From contig OZ024745.1 in the NCBI GenBank assembly GCA_964016885.1, forward strand, positions 48,112,001 through 48,176,000: DNA of 64,000 nucleotides, written 5' to 3'. This DNA comes from Eledone cirrhosa. Taxonomy: Eukaryota. Under the pieces are notes generated by a model. That model did no database searches and was not told the origin of the DNA. It saw only the letters and a list, made by a program, of their open reading frames with translations. Below are positions 1 to 13,028 of the stretch, piece after piece; the stretch's first letter is position 1; every line of letters starts with the position of its first letter. The translations under genes and the position numbers were made by a program.

Positions 1-1099
1 TAGTTTCCGACAACAAATGGGCATCATTGCTCACATAAAAATGTAGTTACCTCTGTTGGAGGACATAATTGATTGCTTCAATGAGATGATATAATACTAG
101 CCGCCAGTGCGAAACTCCTTTCCATACAAACTCGCCTAAAATCGCCCTTGTTTATTTTCCATTATACAAAACTACCCGTTTCATGGTTATATTAAAACAT
201 TATGGCATAATTTTATGCAAGAACTTCAACTTAATAATAAGAAGAATGAAGCTGTATTATCAAAATTAATTGAAACATGAACTGTCTATTTCATTAGAAT
301 TATGGCAACGAATGGGTTAACCTCCCCTTGGGGGTTTTCTCGTCCGAGTCATACTGAGTCAGAGGAAAAGCAAAGCTGGTAGGTTTTAGAGAGATAATCG
401 AATGAAGGGATTGCCAAGAATGTCAGCAATGGGTCCTCCGATCAATTTGTAGATTTGATGGATAGCCGTTGACTCTTTGTTGAATGAATCCACTCTTGTA
501 GACAGACACTGTTTTTGTCATATTCAAGGTCTTCATACATTTTCCACATTGCAGCTTGAGACCCTGCTTGGTGTTACCAATTTACTTGCCGACGGCTCGA
601 TCATGAAATAGGTAATACATGATCACTAGTAGTAGATTATTTAATCTGACTTAATACCCTTATAACTACGAACCTGAGAAAAATATCTGACATACGAATC
701 AAACTAAAGCGTAGTAGCAACTCGTTCGCTATGAGTGCGTGTGTGAGGGTTTTCAGCTCCTCAGCATATTTCAGGCTTCCCAATTTTTCAAACAGACGTG
801 CATATATCGCTTATCTATAACTGGTCGGTGCTTACTAATCACATCTCACTCTCCTAGTTAAAGGAATGTGTCTTGATATGAATATGCATAAGAAAGGATT
901 TTCACAAGAGGAAACGCGTCAATTACAAATCAGAAATTAGAATTTGCAAAGGAAGTTCGTACTTTCTTTCTTTTTTTAGTAGAATGGGATAAATCTATTA
1001 ACTTTTTCAGTGAATTGATTGCATTAATCAAGAGTTAAGTAAAATTTAAAAAAGAATTCTTTTTACGAATGAAATTCCGCTTACGTCATACATACACGC

Positions 1100-1716
1100 A
1101 CACATGGTGGCTGCCAACTCGTTTTCGAGTATGGCCACTACTTTATATCCATGTAGGAGAACCCCTACCGATGCGCTGAACGAGTGTGACTTTTTAGTCC
1201 AGCCAGCGACTTGAAAACTCTGGTACAAACACTACACTTGTGACAATTACTGTCACATACTGCTGGGCCCATGGTACCATGTGACGACAAGTGCAGAGAG
1301 ATCTCCAGATATAAAGCAATGCCTGTGCCGTGAAGCTTTTATAGTGAGTAAAGGCACTGCACAAAGCCAGTCCCACTCTCTTAACCAAGATGATATTTAC
1401 CAAAAAGAAGAACAAATCAACATCATTGGATACCATCAGGGTTGCAGGTGTTATATCAGAGTTTCCCTTCTCCTAGAATTCTGCATTGACAAAGGCTCAG
1501 GGCTCATCTATCCCGGTGATTTTGGATGGCCATTGACTCTTAAGAGGTCCTTTGCTCTTTGACAGGTTTTGTTTTTAGTCCTGCAGGATGTCCAAAGTCA
1601 CCCTCCTCACCAAGAAAACTTGGTGGGGTTGCCAGTTTAGTCGCCAACGACCCGACCATGAGACAGGTTATACTGGGATACATGTTACCAGTAGCACCAA
1701 CTGATGACCTGACAAT
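1100..1716 (-). mobile_element. Non-autonomous bipartite RTE-derived element (RTE 5'UTR + C2H2-finger remnant + 3' tail)
   Basis: The minus strand shares its head with the 9142/9582 elements and carries the RTE-type GGAGAAGGGAAACTCTGATA motif. It then encodes [17 protein letters not shown] and ends in the tail motif TGGCCATACTCGAAAACGAGTTGGCAGCCA, shared with the RTE at 17802-19178. Confidence 0.7.
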
Positions 1717-1777
1717 GTACACGCACACATACACGCATGCATACATACATACATACACACATGCATGCATGTATGTA

Positions 1778-1915
1778 TGATGGCCGCAACTCGATTTTGT
1801 GTAATGTCTTCGTTTGATACTTAAGCATGAACGTGGTATCACGGACGTGGCTTTTTAGTCCTGCTAGGGACTTTGCCTGTGACCAGCAATGCCATGCATC
1901 GCAAAAAAATGTCAT
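1778..1915 (-). mobile_element. RTE 3' end remnant (degenerate C2H2 finger KSLAGLKSH + tail)
   Basis: Translation ...[11 protein letters not shown], followed by a degenerate tail GAGTTGCGGCCATC and (CATA)n. Confidence 0.5.
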
Positions 1916-1986
1916 ATATCAAGCTGGATATATTAACTCCTTAGGAAAGGGCACAGAGCCTAATTTTCTTTAATTATATATATATA

Positions 1987-2231
1987 CAGTGGCGCTGGAA
2001 CTGGTGGAGGGGGCGGGTCATGCCCCCCCCCCTCCAATAATTATATTTTCTCCCCAAACTATTAAAACACATCTATTTGGATATGCACTACAATTTATGT
2101 ATTTATGTACATGTTATATTTATCGCTTGTCGAAGTTTTCTGGCCATTTTAGAGTGCAAAGAGTTAAACTAACTACAACTAAATCGGTCAAATTGCTCCC
2201 CCCCCGATCAGAAATGCTTCCACCACCCCTG
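1987..2231. mobile_element. Possible hAT-type MITE
   Basis: CAGTGGCG...ACCCCTG termini with GC-rich subterminal tracts; no clear 8-bp TSD. Confidence 0.35.
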
Positions 2232-2432
2232 TGTTGTAGATGGCGGTCACGTATTTTGTTGACTCTTGAGGTATAAAAGATAAAGTTGAACTCAATTAAA
2301 TTCGAACTCAAACACAGAAGCAAGGAATGAATAAAGTATTTATCTTTCAAATATAAATGATGATTCTAAAGCTACCATAAATCGTTATTCTTTTTATACA
2401 ATTAGCTTTGTAATGTTTATTATCTTAAATAG

Positions 2433-2590
2433 CGCTGAATACATGACGTACATACCGAACGTTTTCCGATGCAATGAAAATGAATCCATTATGCTACATT
2501 TTATGAAGTATTATCATTTATGTGTACAAGTAGAACTACTTGATGTTCACACCGAGAAATCACTCAAGAAATCGATTAAACTTATAACAG
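2433..2590 (+). CDS. Complement C3/A2M (TEP) family gene, exon encoding start of MG1
   Basis: AG at 2431-32 and GTAAGT donor at 2591. Encodes AEYMTYIPNVFRCNENESIML...VQVELLDVHTEKSLKKSIKLIT, resembling the C3 MG1 start (YSIITPNILRLESEETMVL). Ends phase 1. The 5' boundary may extend to ~2372-2377. Confidence 0.75.
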
Positions 2591-2764
2591 GTAAGTTCAT
2601 TTTCAGAATTCGTCTGTTATCTTTATTTTTCTATTACCGACCGTTTAGACAGGTGGTGTCCATGACCCCTTTCGTGGTCTCTGATGCTGGTGGAAGGAAG
2701 ATACCACTAACTGCAAGCCTGCAGCACAGTAGACTCCTCTAAAGACAGATAGTAATGTTAAACC

Positions 2765-2945
2765 GGGCGATAAATTAAGTCTATCACCCAAGGGGATTGA
2801 CAGAATCATTAGAATGCTGGAAAAAAATGCTTGCAGTATTTAGTTACTATCCTTTAAGTTCTGAGTTCCAATTCTGTCGTGGTCGACTTTGTATTTTATC
2901 TTTCTGGGGTAGATAAGATGAGGTACCAATCAAGCACTAAGGTTG
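2765..2945 (+). mobile_element. tRNA-derived SINE with Nin/Deu-type core (degenerate)
   Basis: Degenerate match to the GAGTTCAAAT...GCCTTTCATCC...GGGGTCGATAAA...GTACCA family seen many times in the window. Confidence 0.55.
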
Positions 2946-3869
2946 ATTTATCTAGGTATAGCAGTCGAGATAAAAATTTAATTATGATAGAAAGATAAGA
3001 TCAAAACAACTCTAAAGTCACTAGCGCCAAATACTTTGCTGGGATGTGATTCACATTCATGTGAATCAGTTTATTAAAGAGTCGGGCTTTACTAAATAAA
3101 ATGAAATATTTCAAGCCTGTTTATAAGAACAATAAATGTGTATTTCTATCACAAGCACAATGCTACACATTTAGGAGAGTTTATTGTTGACTGTATCGAA
3201 ATACTTAAGCGGTATCTAAATACTTAATCGACCCCGAAACAACAGCAAAATGGAATCATATTTTGTATGTATGGACCCATAGCTCCTGATAGAGTCGTAG
3301 CGGCGTCGTAGTGGCATACTATGTTTCTTGAGCATTTTAAAGATGGTGGAAACCATCACTCTTCAGATCAGAACACAGTGGATTTCTTTCAAAGAAGGAG
3401 GTAGAAAAAGAGATAGGGGGGGGGGTGAGAAAGTGATGTAGAGGAAGAATCAATACCAGTACTGGACTGGTACTTAATGTATCGACCTCGAAAGGATGAA
3501 AGGTAAAATTGACCTCAGTGGATTTGAACTCAGAGAGTCAATGTTTTAACGGGTTTGCCAATTCGCTGTCTTATTATATTTTGCCAACAACCTGTTCAGA
3601 AACACGGATAGCGATGAACATTTTCATAGACTTAAGTGATTCGACTCAATTTAGGTGCAAAAACCATTTAACTAAATTGAGACACAATAACATGTTTTGT
3701 TTTATCCATACGGAAAATCAAGGTAAAACTCTACTTATCAGTTTGGTGCAATAAAAGACATTACAAATTACCGTGAAAAATGTCAAAATTGCACAGAAGC
3801 AAAATATTTCAGCACTGGTTAATTGATAATTACTTACAATTACAACGCAGAGAAGCGGAAAATTATATA

Positions 3870-3907
<38 letters not shown>

Positions 3908-3982
3908 ATTGTACATTTTTCTTACTTTTCTTTTTAAGGCAACCAAACTAAAATTTGAAATGTTTTATTCTTACATATTGTA

Positions 3983-5014
3983 TCAGGTTGTCCAGAAAAT
4001 AATGCAGGTTTTTAAACATTAACTTTTAGCCCCAGTCAAGAATAAAATTTATTGACCAATAAAAACCATTAAAATCTACACATTTCCCCCAAAAGATATA
4101 AAATTATTTATAATATAGAATTTTGAGGTCATGGAGGCGATAAATATTTAGAAGGCATTTTTTGCGGCCGTTTGGTTGTTGAAGACTTTTCATTACAAGA
4201 AGTTATCGAAATGCTTAAAAAAGTAGTAGTCGGTTGGTGAAAGATCCGATGTGTATGCTGGATGAGGCAAAGTTTTGTAGCCCAATGCGTTCAACTCCTG
4301 GGGCAATGGTTGTTTGATGTATGGTTGAGCGTTGGAACATTTTTATTGACTAATGCTGGACACGTACGCTGCAATGTTTTATGCCTTTCATCGATTTTGT
4401 GAAAATACTTCTACGTGGACCACCAAACAGTTGGTACAACTTCAGCTTTGGGAAGTGTTTAGGAACTTCATCTCGGTCCAACCACTGTGCTGAACGTCGT
4501 CGGTTGTTGCATAGGATCTATCTTTCACCCCACATCCCAATGCGATGAAGAAATGGATGGTTTTCGTTCAATTCGTGTGGAACCCATTTTTCAAAGGTTC
4601 TAATTCGGTTCAAATACTTAGACATTTTCCTACAGTTGTTCAAGGATTTGCTTTCCCAAAGCCTTCAATTAATCGTCGTCAATGGCAGATGTCTGCGACC
4701 TTCCTTATCGTCAAGAGTGAATTCACCGCGACGAAATGTTCAATGTTATACTGTGATTTCATAACATTTCCTTGAGCCCCAAATTTCGTTAGTGTTTCTA
4801 GTCATTTTTGCTGCACTGCGGTCGAGTGTAAACGCATAGAAATAAATTTGGCGAAAATCTGAAAATTAACAAAAATACAATTTGTATTAAATCTTGATTG
4901 CATAAACTTTAAAATTATACATAATTTTACACACCTTGCGTGAGTTTTTATTCTTTAAAATCCGTTGAAAGAAATAAAAACATAAAATCTGCATTAACTT
5001 CTCAAAAGCATAAA
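3983..5014 (-). mobile_element. Degenerate mariner (Tc1/mariner) DNA transposon
   Basis: TA + TIR TCAGGTTGTCCAGAAAATAATGCAGG with an imperfect inverse near 4985-5014. Minus-strand remnants LPHPAYTSDLSPTDYYFFKHFDNFL (YSPDLAP motif) and NNRRRSAQW. Confidence 0.8.
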
Positions 5015-5083
5015 TATTTTTCTAATTTTTCTTTTTATGAAGTTTTAAACTTTAAATAGATTTTCTTTTTCTTTCTTTTTAAG

Positions 5084-5311
5084 GAAATGACATTTTATAC
5101 AATATTGGCGTTGAAAGAAAAGAATGCCGGAATAATGAAGTGATTTTAAAAATTACTGGATATTTGCCGAACCGTGCTATGGAAGGAGTGCAGAGGTGTA
5201 GTCACATCAGAAATAATTTGGTTTATATACAACAAACGCTTCCTATAAAGAAAACGTTTGGGCATATTTTCATTCATACTAATTTGCCCGTTTATCGACG
5301 AAACAAGAAAG
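5084..5311 (+). CDS. C3/A2M-family exon (MG1 end / MG2 start)
   Basis: Long polypyrimidine tract + AG, donor G|GTGAAT; 228 nt, phase 1->1, open. Encodes GNDILYNIG...KKTFGHIFIHTNLPVYRRNKK (cf. GYLFIQTDKPIYxPGxxV). Confidence 0.8.
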
Positions 5312-5542
5312 GTGAATAATTACTCATTGCCTATTTTATAGCCTTAGAACAATTGTCGTCGGCGACGACAGCGACGCGCGCATGTCTGTGTGTGCATGTG
5401 TGTGTGTGTGCACACAGATCAACCATTACTGTCACAATGGACATATACGTGGACAAGGTGGAAAGAAGGTGCAGAACTCCAGGCGCATGCCACCTCATGG
5501 TCCACAGTTTCTGTCACTCCACCATACTTGGTGATTGCAATA

Positions 5543-5750
5543 ATTGTTTCTGATTTAGACACAAGGCCAACAATTCTGGGGGAAAGGAAAGTCGATTAAA
5601 TCGACCCCAGTGCGTGACTGGTACTTTATTTTATCGACCCGTAAGGACGAAAGGCAAAGTTGAGCTCAGCCGGATTTGAACTCGGGTTAAGAGTCGTGAC
5701 TAAATGCCGAAAAAAATTTTGTCTGGCGCTCTCACCATTCTACCAATCGA
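5543..5750 (-). mobile_element. Nin/Deu-core SINE
   Basis: Reverse copy of the SINE family (GGTACTTTATTTTATCGACCC...AAAGGCAAAG...GGATTTGAACTC). Confidence 0.7.
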
Positions 5751-6351
5751 TATTATTTAGAATGTATTCTATTGTTACTGAAATTATTAAGTTAATCTTT
5801 CTTGATTATTGATTTGAAATTTCGTGTCGTCTTTCTATTTTCCACTGCATTTTGTTTAATCATTAGGTAACATAATCTCTCTCTGATTGATATAGAGAGC
5901 GGTATTGGGAGAGATAAGTGTAGATATTTATAGAGAATGAGAGAGTGTATTAGTGTTAGATATAGAGATTGAGATAAGGGAGGTGGTGTCGTGGTAGATA
6001 TAGAGAGGGGTAGAGTTTGGTTTTAGTAGATACAGAGAGGGGGATTAAAAGAGAGTTTTGTGTGATAGACATAGAGAGGAGAGTTTGGTGGCACTCTCAG
6101 GTCCCAAATAATAGGAGGGGTTCTCCAGCTGCCGTATCAATATGAAGCACTTACAATAACATTTCGCCGCAGATAGTTTAGCAAAATTTAATACGCAGGT
6201 GGGAGTGAGGTGGAAAAAATCTGACAAATTAATAAGTGAGGGGTGGGGACGATTATTCAAGACCTGAGTTTACGTAAATTATTGACGGACGTAAGAATGA
6301 ACACTCAATACCGAAGTAGAGTTTAAATATTCATTTATTAATCGCTAAGCC

Positions 6352-6435
6352 TTGTTACTCTGGAGTCTCACCTGCGTACTCACCAGACAAGACTGGTGAT
6401 CCTGTGAGTGCGTAGGTGAAACTTTAGAGTAACAA
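6352..6435. ncRNA. Head-to-head pair of degenerate hammerhead-like motifs forming a 32-bp hairpin (Penelope-type remnant)
   Basis: + strand: CTGGTGA-CCTGTG/CGTAGG-GAAACTTTAGAGTA. - strand: TCTTGT-CTGGTGA...GAGACTCCAGAGTA-ACAAGG. Each is followed by AATAAATGAAT. Confidence 0.5.
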
Positions 6436-6480
6436 AGGTCACAAATAGCCATAATAAATGAATGCATATATGTATATATA

Positions 6481-6516
<36 letters not shown>

Positions 6517-6530
6517 TGTATGTATATATG

Positions 6531-9076
6531 TTCTTCTGCTTTTATAATTTCCCAATTTTTTTCCCAATAGAGAGTCAGTTTCTAACATAGACACAAGACT
6601 CTCTCATTGTAATTTGCACATCAACTAGGTAGATATGTATGTCTGCATGCATGCATGTGTAGATATGGATGTTATTGTATGTGTGGATGTGTATGTTTTG
6701 AGTTGTATGTGTGCATGTGTATATGCTTTGTATCTGTACATGTGTATATGCAGTTATTAGATGCAAAATGTTTGGAATGTTTTACATATTTTTACTGTTC
6801 CATTAATGGATTGTATTTGTAATTTCCTAACTAGTTGTGTTCTTTCTGTTCCTGTGAAGCTTAGCTTCTCAAGATTTGTATTGAGCAGTTACTAACATAC
6901 CCCAGTGCCCCAATAATCACAGGCATAAGTCTGAAGGTGTAATCGGGGTGGAGTATCTGCAGATTTCTTATCAGTTCTGCATAAATATTCTCCTTTTCGC
7001 TAATCTTTGATATTATATTGGCATCTGCTGGGAAGCTAATTTCCACTACTGCGTATGCTTTCTTCTCCCTGTCCCATATCATAATATCTGGTCTGTTATG
7101 CCTGCATTTTATTGGGGTTTTTACTGGAACATTCCACCAGTACTCTTTCATATTATGTACGCGGATGTCTTCCACATCGCTGTAGCTTTTACTGTGTTTA
7201 TTATCGGGGCTATCTTTTTTACGGACTGCATTGTACAGTAGTGACATCATGCCTCATAGGTAGATAATACCGCGATGACATCTTTGGACAGCTGCTGATG
7301 ACATGGGTGATATCCTCGATGTTAGTTCTGCAGAGTCTGCACTTGTTATCACATCTAGGTGTTTTGCCTGCATCCCTATCTCTTTTGTGAATCAGGTATT
7401 TCGTGTTAATCTCCTGTTCTTGGATTGCAAAAGCGTATCCTTCAAAGTGGGAGCCAATATAGCGGTTGTTTGTCCAAGATAGACTACTTTCTTTATTTAT
7501 ATTACTCTCACTCTGGAGCTTCCTGGCAACATATCCAAGCATGGTGTTTTGCTGATAAGCATGCAGTTTTTCATCAATGGATTCACTGCGATACTGCTGA
7601 GCGACTTCCCTGGGTGTGAGGTTTTGATTATCACACAGGGAATATCTCTCGAGGAGTTCCTTCCCAACTCTTATGATCTTATCTGTTTCATGCAGATAGA
7701 CTTGCTCGAGAGATGGGCTCCTACGCTTTGAGGTTCGTAGATGTTGTCGGAGGGATATGATGCGACATTCAAATGCTGTCTGGACTGGTGTTAGGCCTCT
7801 GCCTTCCTGCTTACGTTTCAAGTAAAGGCGGTCTATGTCACTGTTGATGTGGAAGTTTCCGGTGTTGTTTAGTATTTTTCGAGTTCCAACATCAACTGTT
7901 CGGATTTCGTCTATCGTCCAATTGAGTATTCCAAACATTGGTGTTAGGACAGGCACAGCAAACACATTGTGAGCCACTGTTTTGTTTTGCGCAGAGAGTT
8001 TCGATGACCAAATATTTCTTAATCGGGTGTAGTATTCCCTGGTTACGCGTTCCTTATTACAGATACCATTATAGGATATGTTCTCATCTACCCCCAGGTA
8101 TCTGTAACAGTGCTCATCAGATATCGGTGAAACAGTTAGGCCATTGATGACAATGTTGCTAGATTGGGTTGTTGTTTTTCCCCGCTTTACAGTCATGTAT
8201 GAGCATTTATCTTGGCCAAACTCCATTCCTATATCCTTTGAGCACGTTGTAACCAGTTCAAGATTTTTCTTCATCCCATCCATGTTCTTGGCATAGAGTT
8301 TCAGATCGTCCACAAAGAAATTATGGGTTAGTTTCGTATTTCTGTCCTCCTGTGAGCCAATGATGTATCCCTCACATTTCTTGAGCAGAAAGGATAAGGG
8401 GTTTAATGACAAGATGAATAATATCAGAGAGAGACTGTCTCCTTGAAATATACCCCTGCGATATTTTATTTTATCAGTGAAAATAGAGTCCTCCCTCTCT
8501 GTCTTTAACCTTAGGATAGTAGCCCAAGAAGAAGACAGCTTCTCTATGGCTCTGACAATAATGTCTGGGACGTTAGCAAGTTGGAGGGCCTCTATCATCC
8601 AAGAGTGGGGAACAGAATCGAAAGCTTTCCTGTAGTCCAGCCAGACTATAGCCATATTCTTCCTAAGTTGTCGCACCTCCGACATCGCAGTTTTGTTGAT
8701 TAGTTGTTCAGCACATCACCAAACCCCTTTCTTTTCAGCTGCTTGTTCATCTGTGATGATGTTATTATTTTCACAGTGATATTGGTGGAATAGGTTCAGG
8801 CAGGCTGTATACATCTTATACATCAGGTTCTGGCATGCAATGGGTCGGTAGTTTTTTGCCAAGTGGGTGTCTTTGTTCTTGGGGACCAGTAATGTTTGTG
8901 CTAATGTCAACCATTCTGGTATAAGTGTATCTCCCTTAAGAACTTGTTGGTAGAGGTCAGTAAGATACATCCGATAGAATATCAGTTTTTTTGTACCAGT
9001 AGCCAACAATCATGTCTCTTCTTGGTGTTTTCTTATCTTGGAGTTTTCCTATCACAGTCTCAAGGATACCCTCACT
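6531..9076 (-). mobile_element. 5'-truncated R4/Dong-clade non-LTR retrotransposon (RT + CCHC + restriction-like endonuclease), disrupted
   Basis: Motifs WLDYRKAFDSVPHSW, GIFQGDSLS, FVDD, CRLC..H...C, RHD and RPDI...VEIS...K. In-frame stop at 8716-18; frameshifts near 9000 and 7240. Both flanks are (TATG)/(TA)n. Confidence 0.85.
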
Positions 9077-9141
9077 TATGTATGTATATATGTATGTATA
9101 TATATATATATGTATATATGTATGTATGTATGTATTTATAT

Positions 9142-9545
9142 ATGTCGGGTCACTCTTGAGTGCTACTGATAACATGTAACGCAGTACAACCTGTTGCATG
9201 GGACATAGAACAAGTTGGGCTGGACACCCGATCGCGCAGTTAAACCACTAGGAGTAAAGGACCCCTAGCCTTTTTCCGGGCATTCTTCCAGAATGCAACT
9301 CAGGAAACTGGGATAACTCCGATATAAAACCTGCGGCTCAGTAGTTACCGATGATGTTCATCTTTTCTTCTTTTCGGGTTATAGCTACTGTCGCTGGGCG
9401 AGTGGGATTGGCTCAGTGCACAGCCTTTCCTCACTTTAAAAAATATCTTCACGCACAGGCATTACACGATAGAATTAATAAATAATTATTAATAATGGTA
9501 TTATGTGCAATGGTCATACTCGATAACGATGGAGCAGCCATCATG
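9142..9545 (+). mobile_element. Non-autonomous RTE-tail element (internally deleted copy)
   Basis: Similar to 9582-10118; ends in GTGCAATGGTCATACTCGATAACGATGGAGCAGCCATC + (ATGT)n. Confidence 0.7.
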
Positions 9546-9549
9546 TATG

Positions 9550-9580
<31 letters not shown>

Positions 9581-9581
9581 A

Positions 9582-10118
9582 TGTCGGGTCACTTATGAGT
9601 GCTACTGGTAACATGTAACCAGTACAACCTGTCGCATGGTCGGGTCGTTGGCGACTAAACCGGCAACCCCACCAGGTTTACTTGGTGAGGAGGGGGATTT
9701 TAGACACCCTGCAGGACAAAAAACAAAACCTGACAAAGGGCGGAAGAACTCATAATAGTCAATGGTCATCCGAAATTGTGTAAATATGTATATAGACATG
9801 TACCGCCCGGTTAAACCACTGGGAGTGAAGGACCCCTAGCCTTTGTCAGGGTATTCTTCTAGGAGAAGGCAACTCAGGAAACTGGGATAACTCCGATATA
9901 AAACCAGCGGCTCAGTAGTTACCGATGATGTTGATCTTTTCTTCTTTTCGGGTTATAGCTACTGTCGCTCACAGAGTGGGATTGGTTCAGTGCACACTCT
10001 TTCCTCACTTTAAAAAATATCTGTAAGCACAGGCATGACACGATAGAATTAATTAATAATTATCAATAATGGTATATCGTGCAATGGCCATACTCGATAA
10101 CGAGAGGGCAGCTATCAT
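9582..10118 (+). mobile_element. Non-autonomous RTE-tail element
   Basis: Head ATGTCGGGTCAC..., RTE 5'UTR-like GGAGAAGGCAACTC, shared 3' stem-loop tail; tandem with the previous copy. Confidence 0.7.
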
Positions 10119-10156
10119 CATCATCATATATATATATATATGTATGTATATATACC

Positions 10157-10378
10157 GGCATTGCTTTGTATCCCGAGATCTCTCTGCACTTGTCGTCACA
10201 TGGTACCATGGGCCCAGCATTATGTGTCAACAATTGTCACAAGTGTAGTGTTTGTACCAGAGTTTTCAAGTCACTGGCTGGACTAAAAAGTCACACTCAT
10301 TCAGCGCATCGGTAGGGGTTCTCCTACATGGATATAAAGTAGTGGCCATACGCGAAAACGAGTTGGCAGCCACCATAT
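10157..10378 (+). mobile_element. 5'-truncated copy of the 1100-1716 element
   Basis: Near-identical to the reverse complement of ~1100-1325 ([17 protein letters not shown] + tail). Confidence 0.75.
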
Positions 10379-10379
10379 G

Positions 10380-12226
<1,847 letters not shown>

Positions 12227-12228
12227 TA

Positions 12229-12265
12229 TATAGCAGTTGAGCAGTTGAAGTATAAGGACGTGTTT
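12229..12265 (+). promoter_or_regulatory. Putative internal Pol II promoter (CAGTT initiator-like motif + GGACGTG DPE-like motif)
   Basis: GGACGTG at 12256-62 lies ~28 nt after the element's 5' junction, as in invertebrate LINE internal promoters; duplicated 72 bp downstream. Confidence 0.45.
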
Positions 12266-13028
12266 TTACTTCTCTCCCCGAGTAAGCAGCAAGTCACACA
12301 GCCACCAGTTGAGCAGTTGAAGTATAAGGACGTGTTTTTACTTCTCTCCCCGAGTAAGCAGCAAGTCACACAGCCACAAAACAAAACCACAAGACAAAAC
12401 CAAACAAACAAAAATTGACCGGTTAATACATTTTCATACATCTATATTATTATATATTTGAAAATTGACCGGTTAATTCATTTTTCATACATCTATATTA
12501 TTATATATTTGAAACCACGTGTTTTCGAACTTGTGAGTACATTTTCCTTTAACTACAAATTATTATTATATACTTTCGTCTTTTCATTAACTTAATTAAT
12601 TTCAAATAACCAGAATATACATATATATATATATATATATATACTCATATTTATATATATACGCTTCTCACTCACACACAAGAAAAACAAAAAAACAAAA
12701 ATAAATCAAAAATAAATTTAAAAAAAAATATATATATATTGAAATACTTAACTAAAACACACACACACGAACTTGTGAGTACATTTTCCTTTAACTACAA
12801 ATTATTATTATATACTTTCGTCTTTTCATTAACTTAATTAATTTCAAATAACCAGAATATACATATATATATATATATATATATACTCATATTTATATAT
12901 ATACGCTTCTCACTCACACACAAGAAAAACAAAAAACAAAAATAAATCAAAAATAAATTTAAAAAAAAAAAAATATATATATATATATTGAAATACTTAA
13001 CTAAAACACACACACACTCAAAACTAGA

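Noticed and set aside
1702-1708. CTGATGA hammerhead half-core
   Set aside because: No stem II or GAAA follows.
3600-3722. Open phase 1->1 AG/GT segment between the first two C3-like exons
   Set aside because: Weak acceptor, and the flanking exons already join into a domain of sensible length; cannot support it without RNA data.
9582-9720. Possible HDV-like or twister ribozyme at the RTE-derived 5' end
   Set aside because: Several small hairpins are present, but I could not fit either consensus by eye; needs a covariance-model search.
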